64,000 nucleotides of DNA from Felis catus. Its lineage: Eukaryota. A program made the translations under genes and the position numbers. This document shows positions 51,500 through 64,000 of this stretch, piece after piece. The stretch spans positions 86,182,001 through 86,246,000 of the forward strand of contig NC_058368.1 in assembly GCF_018350175.1 (NCBI RefSeq). The letters are read 5' to 3'. Numbering within the stretch: the first letter of the stretch is position 1; the number at the start of each line of letters is the position of its first letter. The notes under the pieces were generated by a model. That model saw only the letters and a list, made by a program, of their open reading frames with translations. It was not told the origin of the DNA and searched no databases.

Positions 51500-52810
51500 A
51501 TTTTTGTTTAATTTTAAAATAACTATAGTCTTATGAAAAGTAGAAAAATGAATACAGAGAAGTCACTTCCCCTATCCCCCTCTCGGTAATATTTTGTATA
51601 ACTCCAGCATAATATCATAACCAGGAAATTGAATTGAGTACCATCCACAAAAATTAAGCTGTTACAGTTGTTATAAACATTTTGTATGTGTGTTTGTGTG
51701 TGTGAGAGAGTAGTTTTATGAAATTTTACTCCCTGTGTAAATTTGGGTAACCACCTCAACCAAGAAATAGAAAAGTATGATCACAATAAAAACCTCTTGT
51801 GTTACCCCTTTAGAGTCACATTTGCATTCTAACCCACACCTCAACTCCATTCCCAGTTCTTAACACCTGTGAAACAGTAATCTATTGCCTATTTATATAA
51901 TTTTGTTCTTTAAAGAACATTATATGGGGGCACCTGGGTTGCTCAATCAGTTAAGCGTCCTACTTCAAGTCAGGTCATGATCTCCCGGTCCATGTGTTTG
52001 AGCCCTGGGTCAGGCTCTGTGCTGAAAGCTCAAAGCCTGGAGCCTGCTTTGGATTCTTTATCTGCCTCTCTTTCTGTACCTCCCCCACTCACACTCTGTC
52101 TTTCCAAAATGAATAAATGTTAAAAAAAAAACTTTCTAAACGGAAAAGGAACATTATATGAATAGACCTATGCAGTATGCAATCTTCATCACTGACTTTT
52201 TACAGTGTAATTCCACCGAGATCTATTCAAGTTCATTTGTGTACCAATACTTTTATTTTTATTGGGAGTAGTAAACCATAGTATGGATGTGCCACAGTTT
52301 GATTAACTACTCACCCACTGAAGGACATTTGGAGTACATTAAAATTTTGACTATCACCAATTAGCTTTATGAGCATCCATAGACATTTTTTGTGGACATA
52401 GTTTTTATATCTCTGTGAATATTGTCAACACTTATAATTATCGTGTTGTGGCATTTGGATGTTTATTTTTAGCATAAATTACAAAATTATTTTTTTCAGA
52501 GTCTGTGTCCCATTTTATGCTCTCATTAGCAATGTATGATTGATCTGGTTTATCATTACAAGTATTGGAATTGTCACTCAAAAACTAAACAAAACAAAGA
52601 CCCATTACGTTAATTTGTTACAAAAGATGTGTAATGATATCTCATCATGGTTTAATTTCATATATTCTTTATGGCTAAATGATGTTGTACATATATTCAT
52701 ATAAGTATTTATATACCCATGTATACTCTGTGGCTAACATAGAGTAACCATAAACCAGGCCTGTTTATGTTGTTTGGCCCAGTTTTGTAACTAGTTTATT
52801 TTTCTCATTT
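51500..52810 (-). mobile_element. Ancient L1M (L1MC/L1MD-like) 3' end with a nested SINE at about 51926-52131 (+)
   Basis: gtatggatgtgccacagtttg...cacccactgaaggacatttgg; SINE TSD gaacattatat. Confidence 0.75.
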
Positions 52811-52865
52811 TTACTCTTGCTTTATGATGTTTGTGATATATTAGAGCTAAAATACCCCGGGTCTT

Positions 52866-53100
52866 GGGGCGCCTCGGTGGCTCAGTAGGTTGAGCGGCCG
52901 ACTTCAGTTCAGGTCATGATCGCGGTCCGTGAGCCCCAGCCGCGTCGGGCTCTGTGCTGACAGCTCAGAGCCTGGAGCCTGTTTCAGATGCTGTGTCTCC
53001 CTCTCTCTGACCGTCCCCCGTTCATGCTATGTCTCCCTCTGTCTCAAAAATAAATAAATGTTAAAATTTTTTTAATAAAATAAAAAATAAAAAATAAAAT
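52866..53100 (+). mobile_element. Young CAN-SINE
   Basis: Perfect 17-bp TSD aaaataccccgggtctt. Confidence 0.95.
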
Positions 53101-53920
53101 AAAATAAAATACCCCGGGTCTTAACTCAGAAGTCTTTTTTTTTTTTTTTTTTCAATTTCCGTAAATGTTCCCAGGACTTCAGCTCTTTTCCCATTACGTG
53201 GACCTGTAGACCCAAGAATTGTCCCATTTCAGTCTCTCGTACTTATTATTTTTTTTCTAAGCCTTCCTGTGTCCCTTTCCTTTTCTACACTTTTTAAGAT
53301 AAAATCATATAATTATCCAAAGGTGATTTGGTACTGTAAATAATATAAGAGGAATATCTCAAAAATGTTCTATTTTTAATCTGCCCAGTTTATGTAACAC
53401 ATTTTGTAAGCTGAAAAGAAAAGTCAATTTGCTGCCCTGCAGGATGCTCTCCATCCTCTGCTGCCAGAACCAAGAGTCAGAAACTTTAAGATTTAATGGC
53501 CATGTTGCACCCATTTCACGCACAGCCCTTGGCAGGGTCATTAAATACTTATGGCTTTAATAAATGTCCTTATGTTTATGTGAGTGCACTTAAACTAAGA
53601 TTAAATATCACTTCTAAAACTGATATTTAAATAGGGTTGTGAAGAAATTGTTTCAATTAAGAAGACATGCAATTGTCAGACAGCAGGTTGGTTGAAAGAA
53701 ATACACAATATTGCATTTCATTTCAAATGTGAACAGTGTAATAACAATACATTTTGATATAACTAATTCATATTGATTTTAATAAAAGATTTGCTGGTAA
53801 AAACTAAGAGAAATATACATACTTTGCAATCAAATAAAATAAATTTAATTCTAAAAATGTATTTGAGTTCTTTACTTCAGTAACAACATCTATTAAAACT
53901 ACAAGAAAGCAATTAATACA

Positions 53921-54120
53921 GGGACACCTGGGTGGCTCAGTATATTAAATGTTCATCTCTTGATTTCAGCTCAGGTCTTGATCTCATGGTTCATGAGACT
54001 GAGCCCTGTGCCACGCTTTGCATTGACAGCATGGAACCTACCTGAGATTCTCTCTCCTTCTCTCTTTTCTCCTCCCCCTTTCACACTCTCTCTTTCTCAA
54101 AATAAATAAATACACTTAAA
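53921..54120 (+). mobile_element. CAN-SINE
   Basis: Head, CT tract, A tail. Confidence 0.9.
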
Positions 54121-54133
54121 AAAGGAAGCATTA

Positions 54134-54186
54134 TTTTTTTCAGTATATGAAGTTTATTGTCATATTGGTTTCCATACAACACCCCG
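54134..54186 (-). mobile_element. About 50-bp L1_Fc-type 3' tip with a 16-bp TSD
   Basis: atatgaagtttattgtcatattggtttccatacaacaccc is antisense to about 19634-19673; TSD aaaaaaggaagcatta at 54118-54133 and 54187-54202. Confidence 0.85.
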
Positions 54187-54284
54187 AAAAAAGGAAGCAT
54201 TAGTATATTAGAAAATAAGCTTGTTAAATTAATTAATTAATTAACTTGAGACATAACTGAAAAAATAACATATTATATTTGTGA

Positions 54285-55075
54285 GATATTATTTTCAAAA
54301 TTAGCTTTATTGAGGTAAAATTGATATACAAAAATGCACATATGTAATATATAAATTTGTGATTTTGGACATTTGCTGTTTTGTTTTCTTTCATAAAATG
54401 ATCAATCAGCTACAGACACCAGAGGGGATACAGGAGACTTTCTGGAAAACAAAGCTTGTTTTTTCACATATCCTAGAGACACAGTCATATTCCATGAAGG
54501 GGGTTAAATGGAGAAAGACAATGGAATTGCCAAGAGAGGGGGGTCAGCTAAGTAGTTTCAGGGCCTAGACAGAAAAAGCCTCATGGGCAAGTATCCTTAT
54601 TGGGCTAAATGTTATTTATGTGGGACACATAAATAAAAGGCAAAAATACATTTCTGTATTTGAATATCACAAGGTCCTACTCTTAGGAGGCCAAGAAGGG
54701 AAATTGTGGCCAAGACCAGCGTACCACAGTGGTGGATGTGGTCACCTGGACAAAGTGCTCTCTGGTCAGTTTGTGGACGATTGAGGTAGCAGGAAAAAGT
54801 GATATGTAAAAATTTACAATAACAATGCAAACCCCTGTAACAATCACCACAATCGAGTTAATCAATATATCTAGACCTCCATAAATTTCCTCTTGTTATG
54901 CTGTTTTTTAAAATGTGTGTGTGTGTGTGTGTGTGTGTGGTAAAAACACTTAACTTGAGTTATACTTTCCTAATAGATTTTAAGTGCACCATCAGTATTG
55001 TCAAGTACACATCCTATTTTGTATCAGATCTCTAGAACTTGTTAATCTTGCCAACTATGAATTTCTTTTCAACTG
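54285..55075 (-). mobile_element. L1MA-like 3' end interrupted by a probable ERVL-type LTR (about 54372-54820)
   Basis: agctttattgaggtaaaattgatatac...cagatctctagaactt; the insert has aaacaaagcttg..cctagagacac..gggcaagtatccttattggg, recalled as MER76/77-like. Confidence 0.55.
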
Positions 55076-55084
55076 AAACAAAGG

Positions 55085-55316
55085 AGAAGTGGCATGAAAT
55101 TTTTGTTAGTGTCCTTGGTAAGCCATTCTCATGTTAAGAATATTGCTGGATCGGGGTGCCTGGGTGGCTCAGTCAGTTAAGTGTCCGACTCTTGATTTCG
55201 GCTCGGGTCATGATCTCATGGTTTGTGAGTTCAAGCCCCACATCGGGTCTTGTGCTGACTGTGCAGAGCCTGCTTGGAATTCGTTCTCTCCCCTCTCTCT
55301 CTCTGCCCCTACCTCA

Positions 55317-55356
<40 letters not shown>

Positions 55357-55770
55357 ATAAATAACTTAAAAAAAAAGAATATTGCTGGATCATTGAGCAT
55401 GATAATCAAGAAAAAAATGTTGAGACATTTTACGGTGTAACTTACTATGTTTATTTAAGTAGCATGGGGACAGTACCTGTGTGCAGAAAGAGCCACTTTT
55501 CCTCTATGAAGCTTGTTCTTGCATGCTTAATGCTCAAGGGGGAGGAGATGTGAAGGGAGTATTTGGTCATAGGTGTTTTCTTCAAATTTCTACTCATAAA
55601 GCTACTTTTCCAAGAATGTTCTGGGGCTTATCATTCAGCTGGGAAGGCAGTAATGACTTCCTTTAAGAATATAGCAACCAGCCCATATTTGATCCTCATT
55701 GAAACTATGCATGCCATAGCTAAGCCTTCTGAGCTAAAGGTGAACATTTTTCTGCTTCTAGCTGTCATCA
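55085..55770 (-). mobile_element. Probable 3' LTR of the ERV, with a nested SINE at about 55153-55376
   Basis: - strand reads aaaattggtcagagggaaa|TGATGACAG downstream of env; SINE TSD aagaatattgctggatc; left boundary uncertain. Confidence 0.5.
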
Positions 55771-55989
55771 TTTCCCTCTGACCAATTTTGGGTCCTTAAA
55801 TCATTAAGGTGGTTGAAGGGCAAAGGGCTCATCTTCTGTAACTTCTTCAACCCACAACCAGGCAGAGATTGTAGGGATGTCCCTACATATGGAATGAACT
55901 TGGTCACTATTGGTCCTACAAGTAACTATTACAGAAGGCAATTGTCATAGTGTCCAGAGTAGTTATCATGGTAAATTTGTTTCAAGTAA

Positions 55990-56783
55990 AAGGACCATCT
56001 GACAACTGGGTAAAGAAGACATGAGCAACTTGCATGTATCTCAACAACAGGAGAGAGCAAAGTTAAAAAGACAACATATCAGGATTATTACTGTAATAAA
56101 AATTAAAAAGTGTAACAAGAAGACCTTTCAGTGTGGACCTAGTTCACCTCTTGCCCAGGAATTTAACCAATCATTAAGCGACAACGCAGGGTCTTTAAGA
56201 GCACAAGTTTGGTTATTTATATCAGTTCAGTAATCCTGTTACTGTTTTGTTATAATCTGTAATGTAGATGCAACTTTCCGCTTTAGTTATGGCATATGTT
56301 CCTCCTTGTGCTGCTGTTAAGACATGTAATGTCTTTCTATTGTGTAGAATCAGTTTATGCATTTGAGCTACTGTAGTATTTAAAATTGAGTGAGTTGTTT
56401 AAGGCCTTTACTGTGTATTTATCAAGGGCCTCTGTGTGCTATATGATAAAAGAAAAATAGATGTTAGATGGTCATATTACAAGTCATGGATCTTGTCGAT
56501 GGTTGTTTTAGATATGAAAGATTATCTGGGCTTGTGATAATGCTACAGTCATGCATCCAGACATAATTTACAGTCCATCTCCTATTCCAGCCTGTGGAAG
56601 CCATGACCATTAATTTGGCCCACACTGCAATTGTGTCCCCTTATATTAACCACATGATGTCTCTGGTTGCCTTGACCAGTCAATAGCAAAACAATTGGAT
56701 GCCTGTAAAATACTGGAATGGTCTCAGGCTTCTGGGGGGAACCATCCCTTTGGTGAGTACTATTGGGTCATGAATCAAGTATA

Positions 56784-56815
<32 letters not shown>

Positions 56816-57590
56816 TCTCTTGTTCTCAGCATAAAAAGGCAACTTAGTTGAGTTGCCTTATTGTGGGAGAAAGGCACATGTATCCATCCCATATCTGGTA
56901 TATGCCTTCCTGAATGTATTGATAATAAGGACTGTGTAGAAATTTGTGGTAATTAACCTATCTCTTGGTTTGGCATATTCAGTTAAATTTTTGATAATTC
57001 AAAGATGAGAGAAAGGACTCCTATGGCATCCCATGTAACATTTTTAGTAATAGAACTATTTCTATGTTGGCTGGTATTGGGGTGACTTCATGTTTGGTTT
57101 GGTTAAGGGTTGCCACTCTATGCTTGGTTGAACCTCTACTTGCAATTTTACATTAAAAGAGGTGGGTCCCAGAATAGATATGACTAAGGGATAAAAGTAT
57201 TAAGAACCTTCTTTGCCTAATATCTAGCCTTATCCATATCATACTTGCAAGGAATCACTGGTAAGTGGGAAAAAAAACTTGTCCTGGGAGATAAGGGTGC
57301 CCCAAGTTCATTCTCCACACAAATTATAAGGAAAGAGGGGATATCCATTGTATTCACAAGTTCATAATTAAACCCATAGATTGGGGTATGCTGTGACTCT
57401 AAGGAGTGATTTTCTTATCCCAACTACATGGAATTGATTAAAGTGACCACTGAGTTACACAGTTGTTGGGAGTCCAATCCATTGTCCAGATGTTTAAATA
57501 AGCAGATGTCCATGCAGCCCATTTATTAGCCAGAGAGCAAGAAGCAAGAAGATTATTTATATGAGAGTTGTTATGGCAATCTCTCTGAGT
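55990..57590 (-). pseudogene. env: ERV env pseudogene (SU-TM)
   Basis: About 56380-56230 reads LNTTVAQMHKLILHNRKTLHVLTAAQGGTYAITKAESCIYITDYNKTVTG (immunosuppressive domain plus decayed CX6CC). It is followed by KDPALSLNDWLNSW and the hydrophobic FLIFITVIILICC; frameshifts and a (TTG)n at about 56785-56813. Confidence 0.88.
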
Positions 57591-58923
57591 TTATCTCAAG
57601 TTGTCTAGCTTAGGCAGATAACAAACACCTGAAGACAATTAATCAAAACTAGAATCTAACACCCAAAAGGATAAGTTACTGACTAATATACAGTATATGT
57701 TTCTCTCTAAATTCACTTTTATTTTCAGAGGTAGTTCAAACCAGGCCTAATTTGCTTGTGAAATAATACCAGTTTTAACAGAATTTGGCTAATTATTTAC
57801 ATAAATTCAGCAAATATGGATAGATCATATAGATCCTTTAAAATCTGCTTGCTGGAACCTTTCATAAAGAGTTTCTAGATTGAAATTTTAATAGCTTCTT
57901 GAGGCCACAGCCAAGCAAATATTTGTCATCAGACTTGTGTGCAACACCTGCAGATTTGGGTGTATACTTTTCTCAAGGTCTCCAATATATCCCGGAAATA
58001 CATTTCCTCCAATATATGCAGGAAACCTGCATCTGCCAAGAAGTGACATTCTCTACGCACCTGGTAAGTCTGCTGGGATCTCTGTAAGCAAGATAAAAGA
58101 CCAACATTATGGGCTTCAAAAAGTCAACCTTACTTCATTAAAGCTATCTGATCATATCTGAGTCTATATACATCGATTTCAAATATGACATTCCAGGCAA
58201 AGCCTTGGTAATATAGCCAGTGTTTCCAATGGTGTCCTGTTACCAGGAGACCAGATTCCCATAGAACTTATTCAAATGATTATAAATGCCATGGAAAAAA
58301 GAACACTCACTGAGAATTACCTAATTTTGGAGGGTTCAGGAAGGGAGATGTGTTAAATGCTTCCATTTATTCACAAATGAACATTTTATCTTCCTCAATT
58401 CATTCAGTTCTATGTTTTGTTTTGTTTTGTTTTGTTCATTTTAAATGCAGTGTTGCCATTAGTTCTGGAAATTCTTACCCAGGTCATTTTTATGATATGA
58501 AAGATACCAAAAACCTGTATTTGTCAAAAATCCTTTCTAGGAATCTCCTTGAAGATGAAACACATTTTGCAAAAGCATGAGAATAGTACCTATAAAAGAC
58601 AAAAAAGAAAAGAAAAGAAAAACCTTCAGAAAATACATGGTTAAAGATCTTTTCTGAGTGTTTAATGTAATGCAATTAATTGACAAGAAAATCTGGTTAT
58701 TTCTGTGACATACAACATTTCAATAATACAAGTAATGATCTGTTAGTCATTCATATTACAAACTTCAGAATTTATTTTATTTCCTAGAATACTTACAGAT
58801 TTATCCATGAAATACAACCTAAAGATTATCATTACTGGTTTGACAATGTTGTCCAAGTAATTTCACATACCAAATAACAAGTGTAATTATTTTTTTAAAA
58901 AGCTTGTTAAAACCCTCAAAAAC

Positions 58924-59138
58924 GGGGCGCCTGGGTGGCACAGTCAGTTGAGCGTCTCTCTTCAGCCAGGTCAGGATCTCGCGGTCCAGGAGTTCGAGCC
59001 CCGCGTCAGGTTCTGGGCTGATGGCTCAGAGCCTGGAGCCTGCTTCCGATTCTGCGTCTGCCTCTCTCTCTGCCCCTTCCCCGTTCATGCTCTGTCTCTC
59101 TCTGTCCCCAAAAAAAATAAATAAACGTTGAACAAAAA
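58924..59138 (+). mobile_element. Young CAN-SINE nested in the ERV
   Basis: TSD aaaaccctcaaaaac. Confidence 0.95.
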
Positions 59139-61489
59139 AAACCCTCAAAAACTTTCAAAGCACATGCCTATAAAGTATTATAGATCATTACAAATCTAAT
59201 ATTTAAATTTAACCAAGGTGACAATAAGGGAATATATAGGAAATCATATATTGGTTAGCAATACTTTGCTCCTTCAACATTGGGAAGTTTTACTTTTCAT
59301 TTTCTTTACTTTTTTTCTTCTTCTTTTTTTTTTTCTTTTAAAAGTCTCCACACGCAATGTCATGCTTGAATTTAGAACCCTGAGTTCAAGAATCTCATAT
59401 TCTACCTACTGATCCAGCTAGGAGCTTTCTTAAGCAAGCAAAGACCTGATAAAGACAAAGCTTTGCTTTTCTGGGAAGATAAAGAAAACACTGGTGTTCT
59501 GGGAAGACAAAAAAGAAAAACACCTTTCTTTACATTCTTATCAAGAGCAGACCAACAATTAAAACAGAACAAAACAAAACAGAACAAAAAGCAAAGACAA
59601 ATAAAAAACATATAACAAACTTTGTCTTTTTAATAAAGAGGAAAAGAATTTCAAACTTATACCAGTGTAAATTTCATTCATTTCAAAATCACTCCTGGCC
59701 ACATACAAAATTATTTTCCAAAGATTCCCCCCTCACAATCTTTCGACAGCTTTATTTTTCATTCAGATTGTGTCCTAAGCCTTTTCTCTAGAAACAACCA
59801 GGCTCTTTTAGGATGATTTTTTTTCCCCTCAACAATATGCATTTCCATTCCTTAACCTTTCTTATTAAAAATACATCTTTTGTTGCATACAGAGTTCCTT
59901 CCCTTATTTCCATCAGTCTTAATTATATTTAGCAGAATTTTAACTTAGAAACTATAGGCTCCAGGGAAATTAAGTAAGAACCAATTGTGAACTGCTTCTT
60001 AAACCAGAATTCTTGGGACAGGAAATTCATGAATACATTGTATAATTCTAAAAACATATGTTTTTCCATAATACATTGCTTTCAATAAAACATAAGATAT
60101 GTTTTCCAACAGACCCAAGTATCTTCAGTTTCCCTGCATTAAGAAGCCAAGCACAAACTTATGTTCAGTAATCAATGCTTTACTACCTTATTTTATTTGG
60201 ACAAGACTTAGATATCCAATGTATTCAATCCAGTTTACCATTTAACTATCAAAACTGCAAAGTCTGAGGTAACCAAAAAATTTGAAAGCTATGAGAAATT
60301 TTATATATAAACCTTTTAATTTATTTCACCTACTTGTTTTTTTTTTAATAATTACCCATGAGAATTTTGAGAGGGACAAAGCTAGCATCATTTTAAGTCA
60401 TCTTTTTGCTGACAAATTAGAACAGAGATCGCATGAGCTTATTTCACCTTTAGTAAACATTGGTAGAAGAAAAGTTATATTTAATACTGATAAATCTAAA
60501 GACAAGTCTACTTTAATTGAACTAACAAGCTTATATGAGTTTCAATATTGAATATTTTGCACCTAGGTCAACATAAGAGCCAGTCACCTTGTTCCCACTG
60601 TCCATGTGGACGGACGTGAACCACCTGTGGGGAGAAGGGGTGGGCAGATTAATTCCAAGAGGACCCTTGGGACCTTTCGTGTTTATTAAGGACATGTCCA
60701 GTTTGAAACTCATAAGAAGGTGTTGCAACAGCTTAGGGTGCTCTTTGCTCCTAAATAACAAGGATACAATGAGCAGAGCCACTGGCACTGGAGGCATGGA
60801 GACTGGTGCAGGAGCCAATTATGCTTGGTGCACCCATGGTGGTGCAGAAACAGGAGGGGGGTAGGTGGAAGCAGCAGAGGTGAGGTACCGCCAGCAAGCC
60901 TGGGGGAGGATGAAAGTCCACAGTGAAGACAAAGAAGACTCCCAGTCCTAAAGCTCATTAGCTTGGACAGGGGAGCAGACACACATTTCTTTCCAACCAA
61001 AAGCAGACATGGGCAGTCCATATCGAGCTGGAGAAGACAGGGAACTTCCCTGAAACAAAAGAAGTTTTGGCCACTGCTTGGGAATGTTCCTTACAGTCCC
61101 TGTGCAGAGGTAGCTGAACCAGATAATTGGCTCCAACTGGCATAACCATTAACCTGGTAAATAAATGAGGGAGAAAAGTTCACATACAATGAGACTCAGG
61201 CAACATTCTCCCAGGTTTCTCAAAACCTATTCCAGACTGAACTCACAAAAGAAGAAGAAATGAAGGAGGAGACTGGAGATTTGGAAAAAACACAGGAGGC
61301 ATGTATAGGAAATCGGCAGCAAAATGTTTATAAGAGACAAGGCAGGGGTAGATAGAAAACATGACAGAATATAAGTGATATGGTCAATTAACAGAAGTAG
61401 AAGGGCCTGATGCAAATGAGTGGATGGTGTGTTGTGGAGTAGAGGGTAAGGAGAGGGTGTCCTTACGCTTCTAAAGGAGTATGGAGACA

Positions 61490-61764
61490 GCATCCTTGTG
61501 ATACAGGACCATAAATGTCTGACTATACAGGATTTTGGATTTTGGTCTGATGCCTACTAAAAAGGTCTAATTTATAAATAATATAGAAGTTTAAGAACCA
61601 ATTAATGGATCATTTTTCATCATCTTCTGGGAATATTGAGGCCAGATGTTATTACTGAAGAAGATGAGGTGCTTATTCTTTAAATCCTCTGATCCAAATG
61701 AACTCCAATGTCTTAGGAGACAGCCTGAAGGAGAATTCTTTGGGATTGAAGAAGTTGATCCTGT
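61490..61764 (-). pseudogene. gag: ERV gag matrix-domain remnant
   Basis: TGSTSSIPKNSPSGCLLRHWSSFGSEDLKNKHLIFFSNNIWPQY...YKLDLF...TFMVLY matches the class I ERV MA pattern SPLGCILxxW..LKKKxLIFFCNxAWPQY..QLDLF; the start codon position reads ACA. Confidence 0.85.
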
Positions 61765-62199
61765 GGTCAATTCCTAGAAAACAAAGAGAGCACAATAACA
61801 AACTAAGGGTCCATTACCAAAATTCCCCTCAGCTTCTGAATGGAATCACATCAGGAGTATTGGCAAAGGTCCTGGGGATCAGAGTCGTGGGAGGCATCCC
61901 TCATTCTTGACCAGTCTGACACTTTGTACTACCTGAGAAGAGATGTTCAGACCCTTCACTGCCTTATTGCATCCTAGGCTACAACAGGTGCTAGTGAATG
62001 GACTGAAATGACACAAAGACTGGGGCTTTTCTACACTTTGAAAGTCACTATATTTGGCAACCAATAATAATACCTTTTGTGAGACACTAGATTCTGTATT
62101 GGTGGATGGGGTAAAGGGCCTGGCCTTTGTTAGGAAGGGGCAGCTCTTTTATATCATATTAAGCATCATATACCTAGGGTAGAGGTACATAGCACTATG

Positions 62200-62580
62200 G
62201 TCACCAACGTAGAATTTCTATCAGCCTCCTTGTTTCAGAATTGCTTATGGAAGCTTCAGTACATAGGCATTATTTCCCTAATTATTGGACTGTTTTAATT
62301 ATTGGTCATTGATGACTGAAAATCTTCAGCCCTCCTTCTCTCCTCAGAGACTATGGGATGGGGAACACAGCTCTCCTGTAGCTGTCTAATTCCATGGTTC
62401 ATTCCTGGAGATTAGCCCTCATCCTGAAGTTATCCATGGCCTCATCTTAAGTTACCTCAATAAATGAACTGAGATGTGACAAAAAGGGATCATTACAAAT
62501 ATCAAAAAGACACTACTATTCAGTAAATTCCAAAGCTTTTAGGAACTTTTTATGGGTAATAGAGGATACATATACATATA
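62200..62580. mobile_element. MER21-like LTR fragment
   Basis: ttatggaagcttcagtacataggcat...attggtcattgatga...cagccctccttctctcct...aaattccaaagcttttaggaact. Confidence 0.7.
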
Positions 62581-62670
62581 TAGGATACTGTAGGCTTTTT
62601 GCAGAAAAGCAAATAAGTTTCAGCCTATTACATTTTTAACCTTAACCTTATAGATAAAAATGACCCAACT

Positions 62671-62827
62671 GGGGCACCTGGGTGGGTCATTTGGTTAAGT
62701 GTCCAACTTCGACTCAGGTCATGATCTCACAGCTTGTGAGTTCAAGCCCCATTTGGGGCTCTGTGCTGACAGCTTAGAGACTGGAGCCTGCTTTGGATTC
62801 TGTGTCTCGCTCTCCCATTTCCTGGCT

Positions 62828-62878
<51 letters not shown>

Positions 62879-62898
62879 AAATAAATAAATAAATAAAT
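62671..62898 (+). mobile_element. CAN-SINE
   Basis: TSD aatgaccca(a/g)ct. Confidence 0.95.
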
Positions 62899-63689
62899 AA
62901 TGACCCAGCTGGCTTTTGTTAATATTTGCAATGTATTTTTCCAAGCAACTTTTAACAATCAATGCTTGAGTTAGTGGGAGAGAGGGAGGACCATCCTGTA
63001 AGGAAAGAATAAGGCAGAGACCTTATCATTCCCTCACTCTGTCCACCAATTCTTAGTAAGTAACGATTCTTAACAAAATTAAGAAAGAAAAAAAAACATG
63101 AATCAGAAATACAATATGGAAAAAAAGTTTAATATCAGTTTTATTTGTGCTATGAGATGTTTCCTTCACCATATGATCAATAACTATGCTTTATGTTTCT
63201 TTCTTCTTTATTCAACACTTTATTACAGAAAAGGATAAGCTAGTCAACTTGTTCCCTACTTTCACATGTGATACACTGGGAAATGAAAACAGGTGAGCCA
63301 TATTCTATTGAACTATAATTTTAGCAGCATTTCTGGAGAGGTTTGAATGTCTGTGAACCAGACCACAAGACTGTGGCCCTTAAGTGTCAGAACAGAGAGG
63401 TCTAAACCTCCAGCACTGAGAAAATACACTGGGTTACACACTTTGTGCTTGGGCATCAGGGCCCTTCAGCTCTCTTTCCTGCTTCCTTAGACAGTTGCAA
63501 GTGAGAGGGAATGAGATACAGCATTTCTGAACTTTACACTGGAGCCTAGCTCAGTAGTCATTTTATTCCACAGACTGTTCCCAAGGCTTCATCTCTTTTG
63601 TCATTTCCTAGACCAGAAAACCTGAGGATGGTTCTCATTTTATCTGTCACTCTATCTCTGCCTTTCTGAATATTTTTCCTTTTATATTT

Positions 63690-63862
63690 TTCTTTTTTAA
63701 AAGATTATTAATCTATTTTTAATTAAGGGAGTGGCCAAGAGAGAGGGAGACAGAAAATCAGTGGTGACAACATAGAGCCTGATGCAGGGCTGGATCTCAT
63801 GAACCTTGAGATCATTACCTGAGCCAAAATCAAGAGTTGGATGCTTAACCAACTGAGCCAAC
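63690..63862 (-). mobile_element. CAN-SINE
   Basis: Antisense body ...gatgcttaaccaactgagcca. Confidence 0.9.
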
Positions 63863-64000
63863 CACGAGAGTCTATATTCATTTTTATTTGTGTTTATGTA
63901 ATGCCCATAAATATCTGGAACTCATCCATATTCTTTTAAATTACTTGACACCTATTTCTCAAAATTATGTAATGATAAATTAATTCATTTATGCAAAAAT

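Larger units (their letters stand above)
55085..62050 (-). mobile_element. Decayed class I (gamma-like) endogenous retrovirus: leader, gag, AT-rich internal region, env, PPT, 3' LTR
   Basis: gag MA and env TM motifs translated by hand on the - strand; purine-rich tract followed by TG at about 55770. Confidence 0.8.

Noticed and set aside
62050..62200. Primer-binding site and 5' LTR of the ERV
   Set aside because: No convincing match to a tRNA 3' end and no similarity to the putative 3' LTR was seen.

Overview
AT-rich, repeat-dense mammalian DNA, almost certainly from a cat-family (Felidae) genome, judged by many CAN-SINE (SINEC_Fc-type) and L1_Fc-type elements. The only host gene I can support is the 3' half of a + strand butyrophilin-like gene (about 0.6-14.5 kb). 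It has six phase-1 micro-exons (21, 21, 21, 21, 27, 27 bp) encoding heptad repeats, then a B30.2/PRY-SPRY terminal exon. As sequenced, that exon has a 1-bp deletion right after 'VTLDPDT', which puts the otherwise intact B30.2 domain out of frame. A perfect 39-bp inverted repeat lies just after the B30.2 stop codon. The rest is mobile-element DNA: a young 5'-truncated L1 with a probable 3' transduction, a full-length minus-strand L1 with a probable 5' transduction, older L1, MaLR, MER20 and MER21 remnants, about 28 SINEs, and a decayed class I endogenous retrovirus (- strand, about 55-62 kb) with recognisable gag-MA and env but no clear pol. Repeat family names come from recall of consensus sequences and repeat boundaries are approximate. 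No gene symbol could be assigned.
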